DNA of 64,000 nucleotides from Mobula hypostoma (taxonomy: Eukaryota). Shown in pieces: positions 27,334-40,524 of the stretch; within the stretch, counting starts at the first letter, position 1; each line of letters begins with the position of its first letter. Where the stretch lies: NCBI RefSeq assembly GCF_963921235.1, contig NC_086108.1, forward strand, positions 65,164,001 through 65,228,000. Direction: 5' to 3'. The notes under the pieces were generated by a model, which was given only the letters and a program-made list of their open reading frames with translations, had not been told where the DNA came from and ran no database searches. Both the position numbers and the translations under genes were made by a program.

Positions 27334-27461
27334 CTGGTGATGGGTGTCGGCCCGAAAGGTCGACTGTACTTTTTTCCATAGATGCAGCCTGGCCTGCTGA
27401 GTTCCTCCAACATTTTGTGTGTGTTGCTTGGATTTCCAACATCTGCAGATTCTCTCTTGTT
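27334..27461 (+). mobile_element. Solo Penelope terminal-repeat fragment with a decayed hammerhead motif
   Basis: CTGGTGA-T-GGGT-GTCG-GCCC-GAAA-GGTC-GACT, followed by the same sequence as the reverse complement of 59487-59580. Confidence 0.8.
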
Positions 27462-28099
27462 TTGGTTGGGTTCTGCTTGGCCTTTAAGCTGATACATACG
27501 CAGATCTCTGCCATTGAACTGACTCTCAATATAATCTCACTTTATAGTGATCTGAGAAAAATGTTAGAATTACTAACTTAAGTGTCAAATATACTGTAGA
27601 AGCTAGTACTTGTCAATTCTAGCTCTGTAAATTAGAATTAACATACACTGAAATCTGTATAAGTGACAGTAATTATCATTCAAGAAACAACACATAGCTG
27701 TCTGACATAGGACAATCAGGATAGAAGAAAGCTATTTAACCCCTCTGGTATTCAAAGAGATCACCGCTGATCTGTGATCTATCTCCATTTTCCTTATTAG
27801 CAATGATTAACAGTAATCTGTGAATCGCTCCGCGTGTAAAGGTAACAATTCCTGCGGCATTTTTTCTATCTGTGGAAGTGAGTTTCTAACATTCCTGACT
27901 CAGCAGAAATACCCCAAGTTTTCATTAATAGACTGAATGTTTCAATCAAATTATTCCTTGATTAAGATTTTTCTAAATTCCATAATACATTAATTAGATT
28001 GTGAAATAAAGCCACTCTCATCTAAAGATAATCAATCTATCCTCAGAGGCATAATTTAGCAAGGTTTTAGTTTGAACTTTTAACTATAGATTTTCCTAA

Positions 28100-28412
28100 G
28101 GCTGGGGAATCAAGAACTAGAGGGCATATGTTTAAAATGAGAGGGGAAAGATTTAATAGGAAGTTGGGGGCCAAATTCTTCCACCCAGAGGGTTGTCCAT
28201 ATATAGAACAGGCTGCTATAGAAAATGGTTATGGAAGGAACAATAACAACATTTAAAAGACATTTGGACAGGTACAAAGTTAGAAGCAGTTCTGAGGGGT
28301 GTGGGTGGAATGCAGGAAAATGCAGATGGGTATCTTGGTTGACATGGACGAGTTGGGTCAAATGTCTTACTTCCATGCTGTATGGCTCTGTGACTGTGAC
28401 TATGACTATGAC
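28100..28412 (+). mobile_element. CR1 3' end
   Basis: Translates TRGHMFKMRG...TFKRHLDRY, with a (GACTAT)n tail. Confidence 0.85.
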
Positions 28413-29299
28413 ACTAAATCCTGTTACTGTATATAACTCTCAAATAAAGGTCAACATCAGTTAGCCTTTTTACTCGTTTTTGTGGCAGTCTAAGACATTT
28501 AACATTATGTATTGATAGATCTATAAATCTCATTAGGCTTTCAATGAATGCTTCATAGTCTGCACCATTCAGAACATATTCAGATTCTTCCATTTTTGAT
28601 AAAATTGAATGATAATCACATTTCCTACACTGAAATGCATCTGTCACGGTTCGAGCTCATAGGACTAGATGTTTCAATCCCTTTGATAAGCAGATCCTAA
28701 CTTGGGTCACAGCATAGAAATCTTGAGGTGGGGCTTGGTGGGTGGCAGGTGCTTCCCAGGGGTCATCAGGTGGGCACCCATCTTCATCAATTTAATCGCA
28801 CTACATCTCCAGGTGACAGAACAGTGTGACCCGGTGTACCAGGTGCACACCCCCTTCACATCTGGCCACCCATAGGTCATCTTAGGGGTCAGTTGCCATC
28901 ACTCCTCTTCATCCATAACCAGTGGCTGCTTCGCTCGGCTACCTCCAAGTGCTCTTTTATAACTTGCTGCTGGCCCTGGCCTCAGACTCCCAATCTGACC
29001 ATGGATGTGGCCACAAATCCTCTGCAGCCAACCTCTACTGGGAAAATCTGCACCGATACAGTTCATCTGTTACCAGTTTTTGTAAAACCGTTTTCATCTA
29101 TACAACTCAGAATATCACATAGCTTTGGTGCCACTGGCAGTTGTATATGACATGTAAGTGTCATATACAGTTAATAATCACAATGAATCACTGAGGTAGT
29201 AACGCTGATCCACAGGAAATACTGTAGGTCACATCTTGGCAACTGTAGTTCTAGCTCACCCTCCCTAATCAAGCTTACCTGCTGCTCAATCATTTAGCC

Positions 29300-30720
29300 A
29301 ATTTCTCTAATAGCCAATTTTTGAATAATTCTCTGTGAACTGAAGGATATACTTGAAATAGAGGGAATGAAATAAAGCTTCACAAGACTGGTTCGTGAGA
29401 ATATGAAGTAAGTCCTATGAGCAAATATTTCTTTTTAAATGGCTGTATACTCTCGAAAGTTAAGAAAAAGATGAACATCTTGAAACGTAATATTCTTAAG
29501 GGACTTGACATAGGAAATGGAGGGATGATGTCTCCCCTAGCTAGGATATCTAGAACCAGGAGAATGGTTTCAAATTAAAAAGTAGCCGTTCAGGGCTTAA
29601 ATGAGAAGAAATTCTTTATCCATAGCCATCATAGGCTGTGATTCGCAAAGATTTTTGATATTAAGAAAATCAAAGGAATGGAGCAAGTACAGTAAAGTAC
29701 TGCTGAAGTAAAACATCAGCCATGATGTTATTGGATGTCCTTTTTGCCAAGTTCACAAGCTTCCACTAAGTGTTTTATGAGGAACTTTTATTGCCTTCTA
29801 GTAGTTCATGTAAATAATATCTTCAGGCCTGCCCCTGTCGATTGTTTTAATCACCCACTTTAAAAACTTCCATCAGATTCATGAGATGTGTTACTATTCT
29901 CAATGGGATTGTCAATATGGGGGAGGATGTAATGAAGCTCTAAGGGGATATGCGCAAGCCAGGTGAGTGAGCCAGAACATGGCAGATGGAAGACAACATT
30001 GTGGAAAATATGAAGTAATTCATTTTGATGCACATAACAGAAGAGCAGAGTAATTTATAAACAGTGAGCTTAAGTAGTGTTGATGTTCAGAGAAATCCTG
30101 CTGTGCTTATACAAAAGTCATGAAGACCAGCCTGCTGGCAGAGAAAGAAAATGGGAGGTAAAATAGGATGCTAGACTTAATTAATAGAGTAAGGAAGTCT
30201 TATTAAGTCTTCTATTACTCTATTGCTTTGCTGTACTGCATGCAAAGGATATGCTTACCATAGGGTGCAGAGCAAAGATTTACTAAACTGTTTCCAGGAT
30301 TATGTGTTTGCCATAGGAGGAGATATTGAGCAGTCTGGAACACTTTTAGAGTTTAGGAGAATGAGAGGAGATCTCATCAAAACTTATAATTTGTAAGTGC
30401 TTGACTTGCTAGGTGCAGGGAAAATATGGGGTCACATAGGGCACAGTTTCAGATAAAATGTTGGCAATTTGCAACTCACATGAGAATAAATTTCTTTACT
30501 AAGAATATATGGTAACTTTGGAATTGTCTTCTGTAAATGGTTCTGCAAGTTCAGTTGTTCATTCAGAATAGATAGAGATTTCTGGCTACTTAGGGAATGA
30601 AAAGATTTGGGGATAGCATTGGAAAATTATGTTGAGGTAAAAGACCAGCCATCATCTTGATGAATGGTGGAACAGGCTCAAAGGAAAACATTGTTTACAC
30701 CTGTTTTCACTTCTAATTTT
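29300..30720 (+). mobile_element. Two old CR1 3' fragments in tandem (about 29300-29740 and 29880-30720)
   Basis: Degenerate similarity to CR1 RT C-terminal and 3' UTR sequence elsewhere in the window. Confidence 0.65.
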
Positions 30721-31269
30721 CTCATATTTTTATGACTTTCTCTTTATAAATTCATGGTGGTTCCTTTAATATTGAAGATGTACGATCACTCCACATTTGA
30801 CACATTCCAAGAGCAGATGTTGATATAGTGGTTGACAAACAGTTTTCCAATATAAATTCAAATTCCAAGCCAACTTCGTAGGCGCATTCTTTCTGAATTG
30901 CTAGAATTTCAGAAGACATAATGGCCATGAAAGAAAAACAGTGCAGATATACCATAATTGTACATTGTTTAAAGAAGTGCATTAGCATGGCTTGTGTGTT
31001 TTGTATTAGATATTAAGAAGGTGAGGGGTAATCTAATCAAAGATTTCAATTCAAATCCCACATAACAATTGCAAAAAGTGAATTTAATAAAGCAAATCCT
31101 TTATGAGTTGGTGCAGGAAAAATGATGTGTCGTCCAAAGGTATAATGGATTTTCCAGAACAGAATCTGCTACAGCTTCCCATGTGATAGTTCACATTGTT
31201 TGGTGATTTTTAATGCACTCAGATACGGACAGCAGATGCAACCTTGCTAGCTACAGTAAACATGGTTTA

Positions 31270-31800
31270 CATGAATTTCCAGAAAGTTTTTGAAAAGTCC
31301 ATACTGAGAGGAGGTAGAGCAGCTGGAAAAATGGTACAAGCACAACAACATGGAGAAGGTCAAAGAGATGTGTGTGGGCTTTAGGAAGGTGCATGCTGGC
31401 CACGCTGTACTGCACATACACAGCTCCTCTGTGGAGAGAGTTAGGAGCACCATGTTTCTGGAATGCACATAACTGACGCCCTCATCTGCTCCCTCAGCAC
31501 CTCTTTCTTTAGTCAAGAAATCACAGCAGCATCCCCACTTCTTGAGAAGATTGAGACAAGTGAGGATCCCCATCTCCACTCTCCCCAATTTCTAATCAAT
31601 TTTTACAGGAGCACCACCAAGTGAGTCCTGACCAGCTGTATCGCTGGTACAGGAATTGCAAGGCATCTGACCACAAGCCCCTCCAAAAGATTGCAAGGAC
31701 TGCTGAGGTGATCATCAGGGTCTCTCTTCCACCCATCATAGATATTTACCAGGAGCGTTGCATATGCAGGGCCCTGATCAATGTCAGTGATCCCTCCAAT
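31270..31800 (+). mobile_element. Old Rex1/Babar RT C-terminal fragment
   Basis: Translates WYRNCKASDHKPLQKIARTAEVIIRVSLPPIIDIYQERC. Confidence 0.75.
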
Positions 31801-31929
31801 CTGACAGATTACTCAGGCAAGTTTTCCCTTAAAGAAACCATGATGACTTCACCCTATTTTGTCATATGTCTTCAAGTACTGAAAAATTCATCCTTAATAA
31901 TAGGTACTAATTGCTTACCAACCACTGTC

Positions 31930-32590
31930 CAGAGACTGGTGTTGGGTCCATTCTTTTATCTATAGTAACTATTCAGATTGGGGATGTAAGCCACAATTTC
32001 TAAATTTGTGTATGACATAAAGCTCAGCAGTATTATGAATGCAAAGAGCAAAGTGATAAACTGCAGCAGGAGATAAATAGGCTGGTGGAAAGGACAGATG
32101 AAGCTTGATCAATGAACATTTAGGTAGGAAGAATGCAGAGAGGCAGCATAGAATAAAGGGATGCAGGAGCAGAAGTACCTGGAGTTATACCTGCTCAAAT
32201 TATCAACAGTGGAAAGGTAGGTTGCAAAATTAGTTAATGCAGCATTCACAGTTCTGCCATAGAGTAATACTGTATAAAAACAGGGAGGTTATTTCTAACT
32301 GGTCTAGCCCCCAGTGGAGTACTGTCTTCAATGCTGGTCATCACATTAAAGAAAGGATGTGAAAGCATCAGAGAAGAGTGAGAAGAGTAAGAAGAATGGG
32401 TCCAGGGATGATGGGACTATAGCTACAAGGGTAGAGAGGCTGGGACTGTTTTCTTCGAACAGAGCCAATGAAAGATTTGATTGATGTATAAAAAAGGACA
32501 GGGAGTTTGGTCAGAATGAACTGTAGCGACTATTTGAGCTAAAAGGGGGATCAAGGAAAATGTGCAAGGCTGTAGAAAAGTGGCCAGTGA
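31930..32590 (+). mobile_element. Old CR1 RT fragment
   Basis: Decayed ISKFVYDIKL...LEYCLQCWS motifs. Confidence 0.65.
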
Positions 32591-35553
32591 GTGGAATCAT
32601 AGGACCGTAAGGCATAGGAGCAGAATTAGGCCATTCAGCCCGTCAGTCCACTCAGCCATTTCATCATGGCTGGTCCCGGATCCCATTCAACCTGTCCTCT
32701 CACCATTTCCAATGATGCCCAACCAATCAGGAATCTATCAAATTCTGCTTTAAATACATCCATGCACTTGACCTTCATCACAGTCTGTGGCAGAACATTC
32801 CACAGATTCACCACCCTTTGGCTAAAAAAATTCCTCCTTACTTCTGTTCTAAAAGATTGACCCTCAATTTTGAGGCTGTGCCCTCTAGTTCTCTCCCCAG
32901 CCTCCTTATATAGTCCTTCCAACATTTGGTAGGCTTCAATGAGATCTCGCCTCACTCTTCTAAATTCCAGTGAGTACAGGCACAAAGCTGCCAAACACTT
33001 CTCATATGTTAACCCCTTCATTCCCAGAATCATCCTCGTGAACCTCCGCTGGAATCTCTCCAATGACAAATCATCCTTTTGGCGATCGGGGACCCAAAAC
33101 TGTTGACAATAATCCAAGTGCAGCCTGATAGTGTCTTATAACGCTATAGCATTATCTCCTTGTTTTTATATTCTATTCCCTTTGAAATAAATGCCAACAT
33201 TGCATTTGCCATCTTTACCACAGACTCAACCTGTGAATTAACATTCTGGGAGTCTTGCACAAGGAGTCCGAAGTCCCTCTGCACCTCTGATGTTTGAATT
33301 TTCTCCCCATTTAGATAATAGTCTGCACTATTGTTCCTTTAACAAAAATGTATTATCATACATTTCCCAACACCGTATTCCATCTGCCACTTTTTTGCCC
33401 ATTTATCCAATTAGCCTAAGTCCTGCTGCAATCACATTCCTTCTCAGCACTACCTACCCCTCCACCTACCTTTGTATCATCTGCAAACTTTGCCAGAAAG
33501 CCATCAATGCCATTATTTAATAATTGACAAACAATGTGAAAAGTAGCGGTCGTAATACTGATCCCTGCGGAATACGACTAATCACTGGCAGCCAATCAGA
33601 AAAGACCCCCTTTGTCCCACTCATTGCCACCAGCCTGTCCGCCATTCCACTATTCATGCCAATATATTTCCTGTAACACCATAGGATTTTATCTTGTTAA
33701 GCAGCCTAGACCGTGTGAGGCGCCTTATCAAATGCCTTCTGAAAATCCAAGTAAATGACATCTACTGCCTCTCCTTTGTCCACCCTGCTTGTTACTTCCT
33801 TAAAGAACTCTAACAGATTTGTCAGGCAAAATTTCTCTTCACAGAAACCATGTTGGCTTTGACTTACTTTATCATTAGAATCCAAGTACCCCAAAACCCC
33901 ATCCTTAATAATGGACTCCAACACCTTCCTAACCATTGAAGTTAGGGAACTGGCCTATAATTTCCTTTCTTTTGCCCTCCTCCCTTGTTAAAGAGTGGAG
34001 TGACATTTGCAATCTTCCAGTCCTCTGAGACCATTTCAAAATCAAGTGATTCTTGAAGGATTATGACCAATGCATCCGTTATCTCTTCAGCAACTTCTCT
34101 CAGGATTCTGGCATGTAGTCTATCTGGTCCAGGAGACTTATCCACCTTAACAGCTTTGACTTTGCCAAGGGCTTTTTCCTTTGTAACAGCAATGGCACTC
34201 ACTCCTTCTCCCTGACACTCACGGACCTCTAGCATACAGTTAATGTCTTCCACAGTAAAGACTGAAGCAGAGTACTTATTAAGTTCATCTGCCATTTATT
34301 TGTCCCCCATTACTACCTCACCAGCATCATTTTCCAGTGGTCCAATATCAACTCTCACCTCCCTTTTACTCTTTATATAACTGAAAATACTTTTAGTATC
34401 CTGCTTTATATTATCAGCTAGTTTGCCCTCATATTTCATCTTTTCTCTTCTTATAGCTTTTTTAGTTGTCTTTTGTTGGATTTTAAAAGCTTCCCAATCA
34501 TCCAACTTCCCACTTACTTTTGCTTTCTGATATGTCCTTTCCTTGGCTTTTATGCAGTCCTTAACTTCCCTTGTCAACCACAGTTGCTGAGCCCTGTCAT
34601 TTGAGAACATCTTCTTCTGTAGGACATATCTATCCTGTGCCTTGTGAAATATTTACAGAAACTTCAACCACCTCTGTTCTGCCATCATCCCGCCAGTATC
34701 CTCCTCCAATCTACCTAAGCAAGCTCTTCTCTGATGCCTCTGTAATTCCCTTTATTCCATTGTGATACTGATAATTGTGACTTATATTTCTTCCTTTCAA
34801 ATTGCAGTATGAATTCAATCATATTACGATTGCTGCCTACTAAGGGTTCCTTTACGTTAAACTGACTAATACAATCTGGATTATTACACCCCAATCTAAG
34901 ATAGTCTTTCCCCTAGTAGGCTCAAGCACAAGCTGCTCTAAAAAAGCCATCTTGTAGGCATTCAACAAATTCCCTCTCTTGTAATCAGACACCAATCTGA
35001 TTTTCCTAATCCCCTTGCATATTGAAGTCCTCCATTACAATTGTACCTTTAATTGTGCCCTTTCCAGCTCCCTTTGAAATCTCAACCCCAAATCTTGGCT
35101 ACTATTTGGAAGCCTACATATGACTCCCATAATGTTTTTTTACCCTTGCAGTTTCTTAACTCCACCCACAGAGATTCAAAGTATTCTGACCCTGTGTCAT
35201 CTCTTTCTAAAGATGTAATTCCATCTCTTACCAATAGGGCTACTCACTGTCTATGCCTTCCCACCCGTCCTTTCGATACAAAGTATATCCTTTGATGTTA
35301 AACTCCCAGCTATGACCTTCTTTCAGTTATGATTCAGTGATGTCCACAATGTCATACCAACCAATCTTTATTTGCGCCGTACGTTCATCCACCTTATTCT
35401 GAATGCGAGGTGTATTTAAATACAGCACCTCCAGACCTGCATTCTTTGCCCTTATTAATTTTGCCTCTGTGGTTCAATTTGACTCTTTTCTCTGTCTGCA
35501 GTTGTACCCAATCTTGTCTTGTCCTTCCTTACATTCATATTACATATCACATA

Positions 35554-38500
35554 TCACTTATTCTTGAGAATTTGGATAAAACAGGTTTTAATTTTGAAAA
35601 GAAAAAATTTTAACTGTTAAGAAATCTAAGCTTATATATTTATAGAACAAGGTCTCAGCAATCAAGCAATATTTCAGTGCAACCTCCTGATTTTGTAATT
35701 TTTTCATAAAATGTGTTTTTCCTGTCATTACTTAGCTTTTGTCAACAGTCAGACACAATAAAAAGCTAATTATTCCTATTTATTTAGTCTTATATAGATT
35801 TAGAGCTTTTAAATCATTGTGTCTACACCATAGGTACACATATATGCTGTTAAATGTTGAATATTCACTTTTGTTCATTTTTTATACTATTTCACATGTA
35901 CTCCTTTAAAAACTCTTACATCATGCAACTTTTATCATTAGCATTAAATATACAAAATAACAATTTTGGACTTAAAAACACATTTTTAATTTTAAAGAGA
36001 CAATTATTTTAATAAATCAACTGTTTTTGGAGGAACAGGTTGTAAGCATATTAATTTAAAACAAAGAAAGTTCCATCTGATGGTGGTGACAGACCTGACA
36101 GTGGTGGCAGTGGTCTAATTACAACAAACAATTCCAATCTTTTCACCACTCAAGTCAATGCTTCCTCGCTTAACAACTTTATTTAACAATTTGTCATGTA
36201 CATTTTATCCTTCTGTAAATATTAACAACAACAGTAAACAGGAAAATAAAAACTACAGTACAACTGCAACGCTTAAGCATGAACATCAGAAAACACACCA
36301 GGAATTTTTTTAAAATTCCATCCGTTTCTGGGCTTGAAAATCTTTGAAAACCTTCAATCAACTTTATCAGGAAGTAGACGATTAATATGCTCCTCCTCTA
36401 TGAAGTCCATGACTTCAGACTGGTGGTAGATCTCCCTCGTCCTGCTTGCACAACCCAGTGATGATGGCTCCATCAGTTTGACCAGAATATCTCCAACTGG
36501 TACAAAGCACATATCCTTTCCACCTGCTTTTGGATGGAAGCACGCGTTGGGCCCATGAGGGTGGAAAAACTCCACTTGAACATCTTGGTGATGAGCATCC
36601 ATGGTGACAGGCTTTGCTAACCACCAATTTTGGTCATAAATGACTGCAAGCCAATCTCCACAATTAATGACACCAGCAGATATATCTGCTGTAGTCCCGT
36701 CAGGATCAATCTGGGGTTCCTGCTCCATTTCCTCCATCAGCATTGCCAAAGGCCCTCTGTTCTTTCCCGTTGTGGTAGGGCCATCATTCTCCTCAGCCTG
36801 TACCCTGGCATGTGTATTTTCAGTCAACTGAAATGTTGTTGGGCTGAATCACTGACACACCTGTGGCTCACTGCAGAAACATGACAAAGACCTGCAATGG
36901 ATACTGTTTCCGTAAGGTATGACCTGATGGATTTTCCTTGTTGCTGGTACAGGTTTTAGTGATTGAGAAAGGAGTGCATCATATGTCTGCATGTCACCTT
37001 CAGCAATATGATAGAGCTGAGTACTGCAAAGGCTTCTCCCAACCATCTCATGGAAGATTTTGCTGCCCTGTAGCATCTGCTCTGTTTCTTTTCTGGGTGA
37101 TTCTTGTGTTTTTTATTTCTAATTTGCTCTCGTCGCCAATGCTTTTTCAGTTTATTCCTATCTTTTATTATTTATTGAAGTTTATTTTTCAAAGCTTTCA
37201 TCTCTCTCAAGTATTTTGCTCTTGTTTTCTTTCTTCCCCTTTCCCCTGCTATAGACTGCCGGCTGCGATCTGGCTCCTGTATAGTCTGATCCAATGGAAT
37301 ATGTGGTGGAGTTTCTGGGCATTCTGGGCCCTTTCTGTTATGCTCTCTTGACTCTTGCTGTCCACGTTTCCACACTTTTCTCTTACTCCTTTCATTCAAA
37401 TCACTGATAGTTTTTATTTTCCCATCCTCTACTCTCTTCTTCCATCTTTGCTTTTCCTTTCTCAGGTTTTCCTCCTTTAACTCTGGCTCACTATATATTT
37501 TCTCTCTCCACTTTTTTTGGTATTCCCTGTTTCTTCTCCTTCGTTCCTCCACTGATAGCTGCAGCCTAGCCATAACTTCCTAAAATACATAAAAGGAAGG
37601 TCAGAATTTAATGGAAGAAGATGGCGGCGCGACACAGCTTGCGCGGCCACTCCGGTGAATGATATCTGTAATCTGTCAAGTAGGGTGCCATACACAATTC
37701 TGATTTGATGGAGACAAACGTGAGAGAACGGAGGAACAGCTGGAGAAACTTCTGAAATGCCTTTATTCACTGCCGCTGTCACTGTGTGATCCTGAGTCTC
37801 CGGAGGGGAAGGCCCCGAATCCTCGGCTTTGCTTGTTGCTCGGCGGCTGGGATGGGGTCGAAGCACTCGGCAGAGATGGTGCTCAGTGCTCGGTGTCGAA
37901 AGGCTGGTCGGAGGCTCCAAGTTTTTGGACAGACTCAGAGTGGACTGGGGTCGGGTGCTTCCAATGCATCCACGGTTGTCGGTTCCTGGAGGTTTATGGC
38001 AGAGAGAGTTTCTCCCTTCTGCTGCCTGCTATCGGGGACTAGGGTGTCGATCAGAACTTTGAGACTTTTTTTAACCATTCCCATGGTCTGTTCTTTATCA
38101 AATTGTGGTATTGCTTTGCACTGCTGTAACTATATGTTATAATTATGTGGTGTTGTCAGTGTTAGTCTTTGGTTTGTCCTGTTTTTTTGTGATATCACTC
38201 TGGAGGAACATTGTGTCATTTCTTAATGCATGCATGCATTTCTAAATGACAATAAATGAGCACTGAGTGTCCTCATCATCTAATCTAATCTAATCTAATC
38301 TAAAATTACTATGAATTTAAATCTGTTTAATTTGGTGAAATTTTATAAAATGATTATGAAATGGTGCAACTAAATTCATTTATGGTTTTAGTCATTGGGG
38401 ATACATTTAGTAAGGAAATATTGTAGGCCTATGTGTGGAAGAAATAAAGGGGAAATTATGTATATTATAAATAAAGAGGTTAATGAAACATTACAAGCCA

Positions 38501-39371
38501 TATTACTATTTATTATGATTATAAATTATATTCAAGCCTCCATTGGGGATGATTTGATGTTTTTGTCAACACCGTGAAAGTATGTGTCACCACTGTCGGA
38601 CAGGAAACCTGACAGTGTTGATATCTGAGGGTGGTGACAAAACACACTTTTCTACATGACATGTGTGAGTGGTATACAGGAGCCATCTTGTTTTCCCTCT
38701 GTTGCTGGCTGCCTCTGGCCTCTACTTAAAATGCATAAATTTATGTCATAATTTAAAATAATTCTTTCTATACAAGAGACAGTGTTGACATATCATGGTT
38801 GTGACAGTAGCAACATCAATAAATATGCAAAAATTATTGAAAAAATAGCAAACTTACAGGAGCTTGTTTGACCTTGTTGCATTTAGCAGATGTGGAGTGT
38901 GGAAAGGGGGTCCTCAGGAATATAGCTGACCATGTGGTTGCCTGATTTTTTTGCTTTTTTTAATAAATATCTGACAGTGTTGACAAAAACTTGGGACACA
39001 TTTTGAGCGACCACAAAATAAAAGTAAATATTGTTGAAAATTCACTGATTTTAGTTTCAGAGACTTTTCACTCTACTCTTTCATCTGGCATATACATTAT
39101 ACATTTTAAATGATTTTTTCACACTTCTTTATCAAATTGAAATGATAATCTCTTGTCCGAAGACAACTGATTTTGTGGGTATTTGGGCTATCATATAATC
39201 ATATAATTTATAAAATTAAAAACAAACATATGAAAAAATGTTGCATTTGTGCAAAAAACCCTCAGGTGATCAACCCCGATTATTTTAAATAAGAAAATGG
39301 TATTCATTTTCAATGGAATTAGCACTTTTCTTAGAGGGACATATTTTCGCCAAAGTCTCAAGGATTAGTGA
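35554..39371 (-). mobile_element. Internally deleted DNA transposon, Sola-like (superfamily tentative)
   Basis: Imperfect TIRs TCACTTATTCTTGAGAATTTGGATAAAAC versus TCACTAATCCTTGAGACTTTGGCGAAAAT. ORF remnants at 37172-37573 (basic N-terminus), 36849-37076 (VPATRKIHQV...SLSCFC..C) and 36354-36827. It interrupts the CR1. Confidence 0.75.
37613..38303 (+). mobile_element. Family A non-coding retroposon, copy 3
   Basis: AAGATGGCGGC head at 37618-37628; GACAATAAA plus a (TAATC)n tail. Confidence 0.88.
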
Positions 39372-39682
39372 CATTCATCTACTTGTAAACCTGCTGGCTC
39401 ATCCTCAGCTTTATCATACTGATTCCCATCCCCTGCTATATTAGTTTATACCAGTCCCAACAGCTCTAGCAAACCTACCCACAAGGATATTGGCCCCTCT
39501 CGGATTCAAGTGCAACCTGTCCCTGTTGTACAGGTTACATCTGCCCAGAAAAGGTCCCATTGATCCAGAAATCTGAATCCCTGCCCCCAGCTCCAATTCC
39601 TCAGCCATGCATTTATCCAAACCAGATGGTTATATTGATAAAGAACCAATGGGCAATGAAGGGATGAATTCCCTTCACTTGC

Positions 39683-39735
39683 CTGATAATCATGCAACAA
39701 TTCTGTGAAACAATATGAAAATCCAGTTTCAAAAC
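39683..39735 (-). CDS. Candidate 53-nt exon with a GC donor
   Basis: Acceptor TTCTGTTTTAAATCCACAG and donor CAG|GCAAGT. Open as FETGFSYCFTELLHDYQ or VLKLDFHIVSQNCCMII. Confidence 0.28.
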
Positions 39736-40524
39736 CTGTGGATTTAAAACAGAACACTGCTCCATTCTACAAACAGGCATCAATTGTGCGACGAAGGAAA
39801 TCCTCAAGATCTAAATTTTGGAGAAGTGAATTTTTGATAGTTTATCTGGGGTTTATTCACCATCAGTAACCTTCCCCTAAAAAAAATTTCAGCAGAAAAG
39901 AAAATAAATGGTAAATGAGTGAAGAAGCAAAAAACCTTAGGCTCCATTAAATTGACAAAGACTCTGCCATAAATTCTATGCTAAGAAAAATCCTTCTTAT
40001 AAGTGAGTTAAGTGTTAATCTGAATTGATTGCTATATTCTGTCTAATGCACCAGTGTACATGGTATAGTCCTGTATGTTTCAAGTTCCATTTGATTTTTC
40101 AGCTCATGATAAACAAAAATATTTACTTCAATTGGAAAAATGCTCAGGTGAAAAGTAACAAAATACACAAGCAATTTGCATTCATGAATGAAAAGCACAA
40201 TTTGCAAGAGATATGAAATCGGAGATACATTGAATACGGAGAAGGACTCCAACAGCATAATAAATCTACAGACATCACAGGTAGTTATAACTTGAATTTC
40301 AAAGCAGATCAATGCTAAGTAATACACATTGATGGGGAAATATGGTGTGGCCACACATTCCATACAAAGTAAGTAGATGAATGAGTTTATAACAGAGGGA
40401 TTTAAGGATACAGATCCCCAGCTCACAGAATAATAAGGTCATTAATGAAAATCAACAAGCTTCAATTATAATAAAAGGATTGAAAAGGATTTTACAGAAC
40501 GATGGCTAGATCAGATTTATTATG

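Larger units (their letters stand above)
32600..39620 (-). mobile_element. Long CR1 LINE (32600-35550 and 39376-39620), split by a DNA transposon
   Basis: The ORFs from 32635 to 34610 translate as CR1 ORF2. The segment 39506-39615 encodes the ORF1 esterase-like motif NAWLRNWSWGQGFRFLDQWDLFW. Confidence 0.9.

Noticed and set aside
28642..29152. Possible old solo LTR (TGTCAC...TGACA, GC-richer)
   Set aside because: No matching TSD or clear polyadenylation signal.
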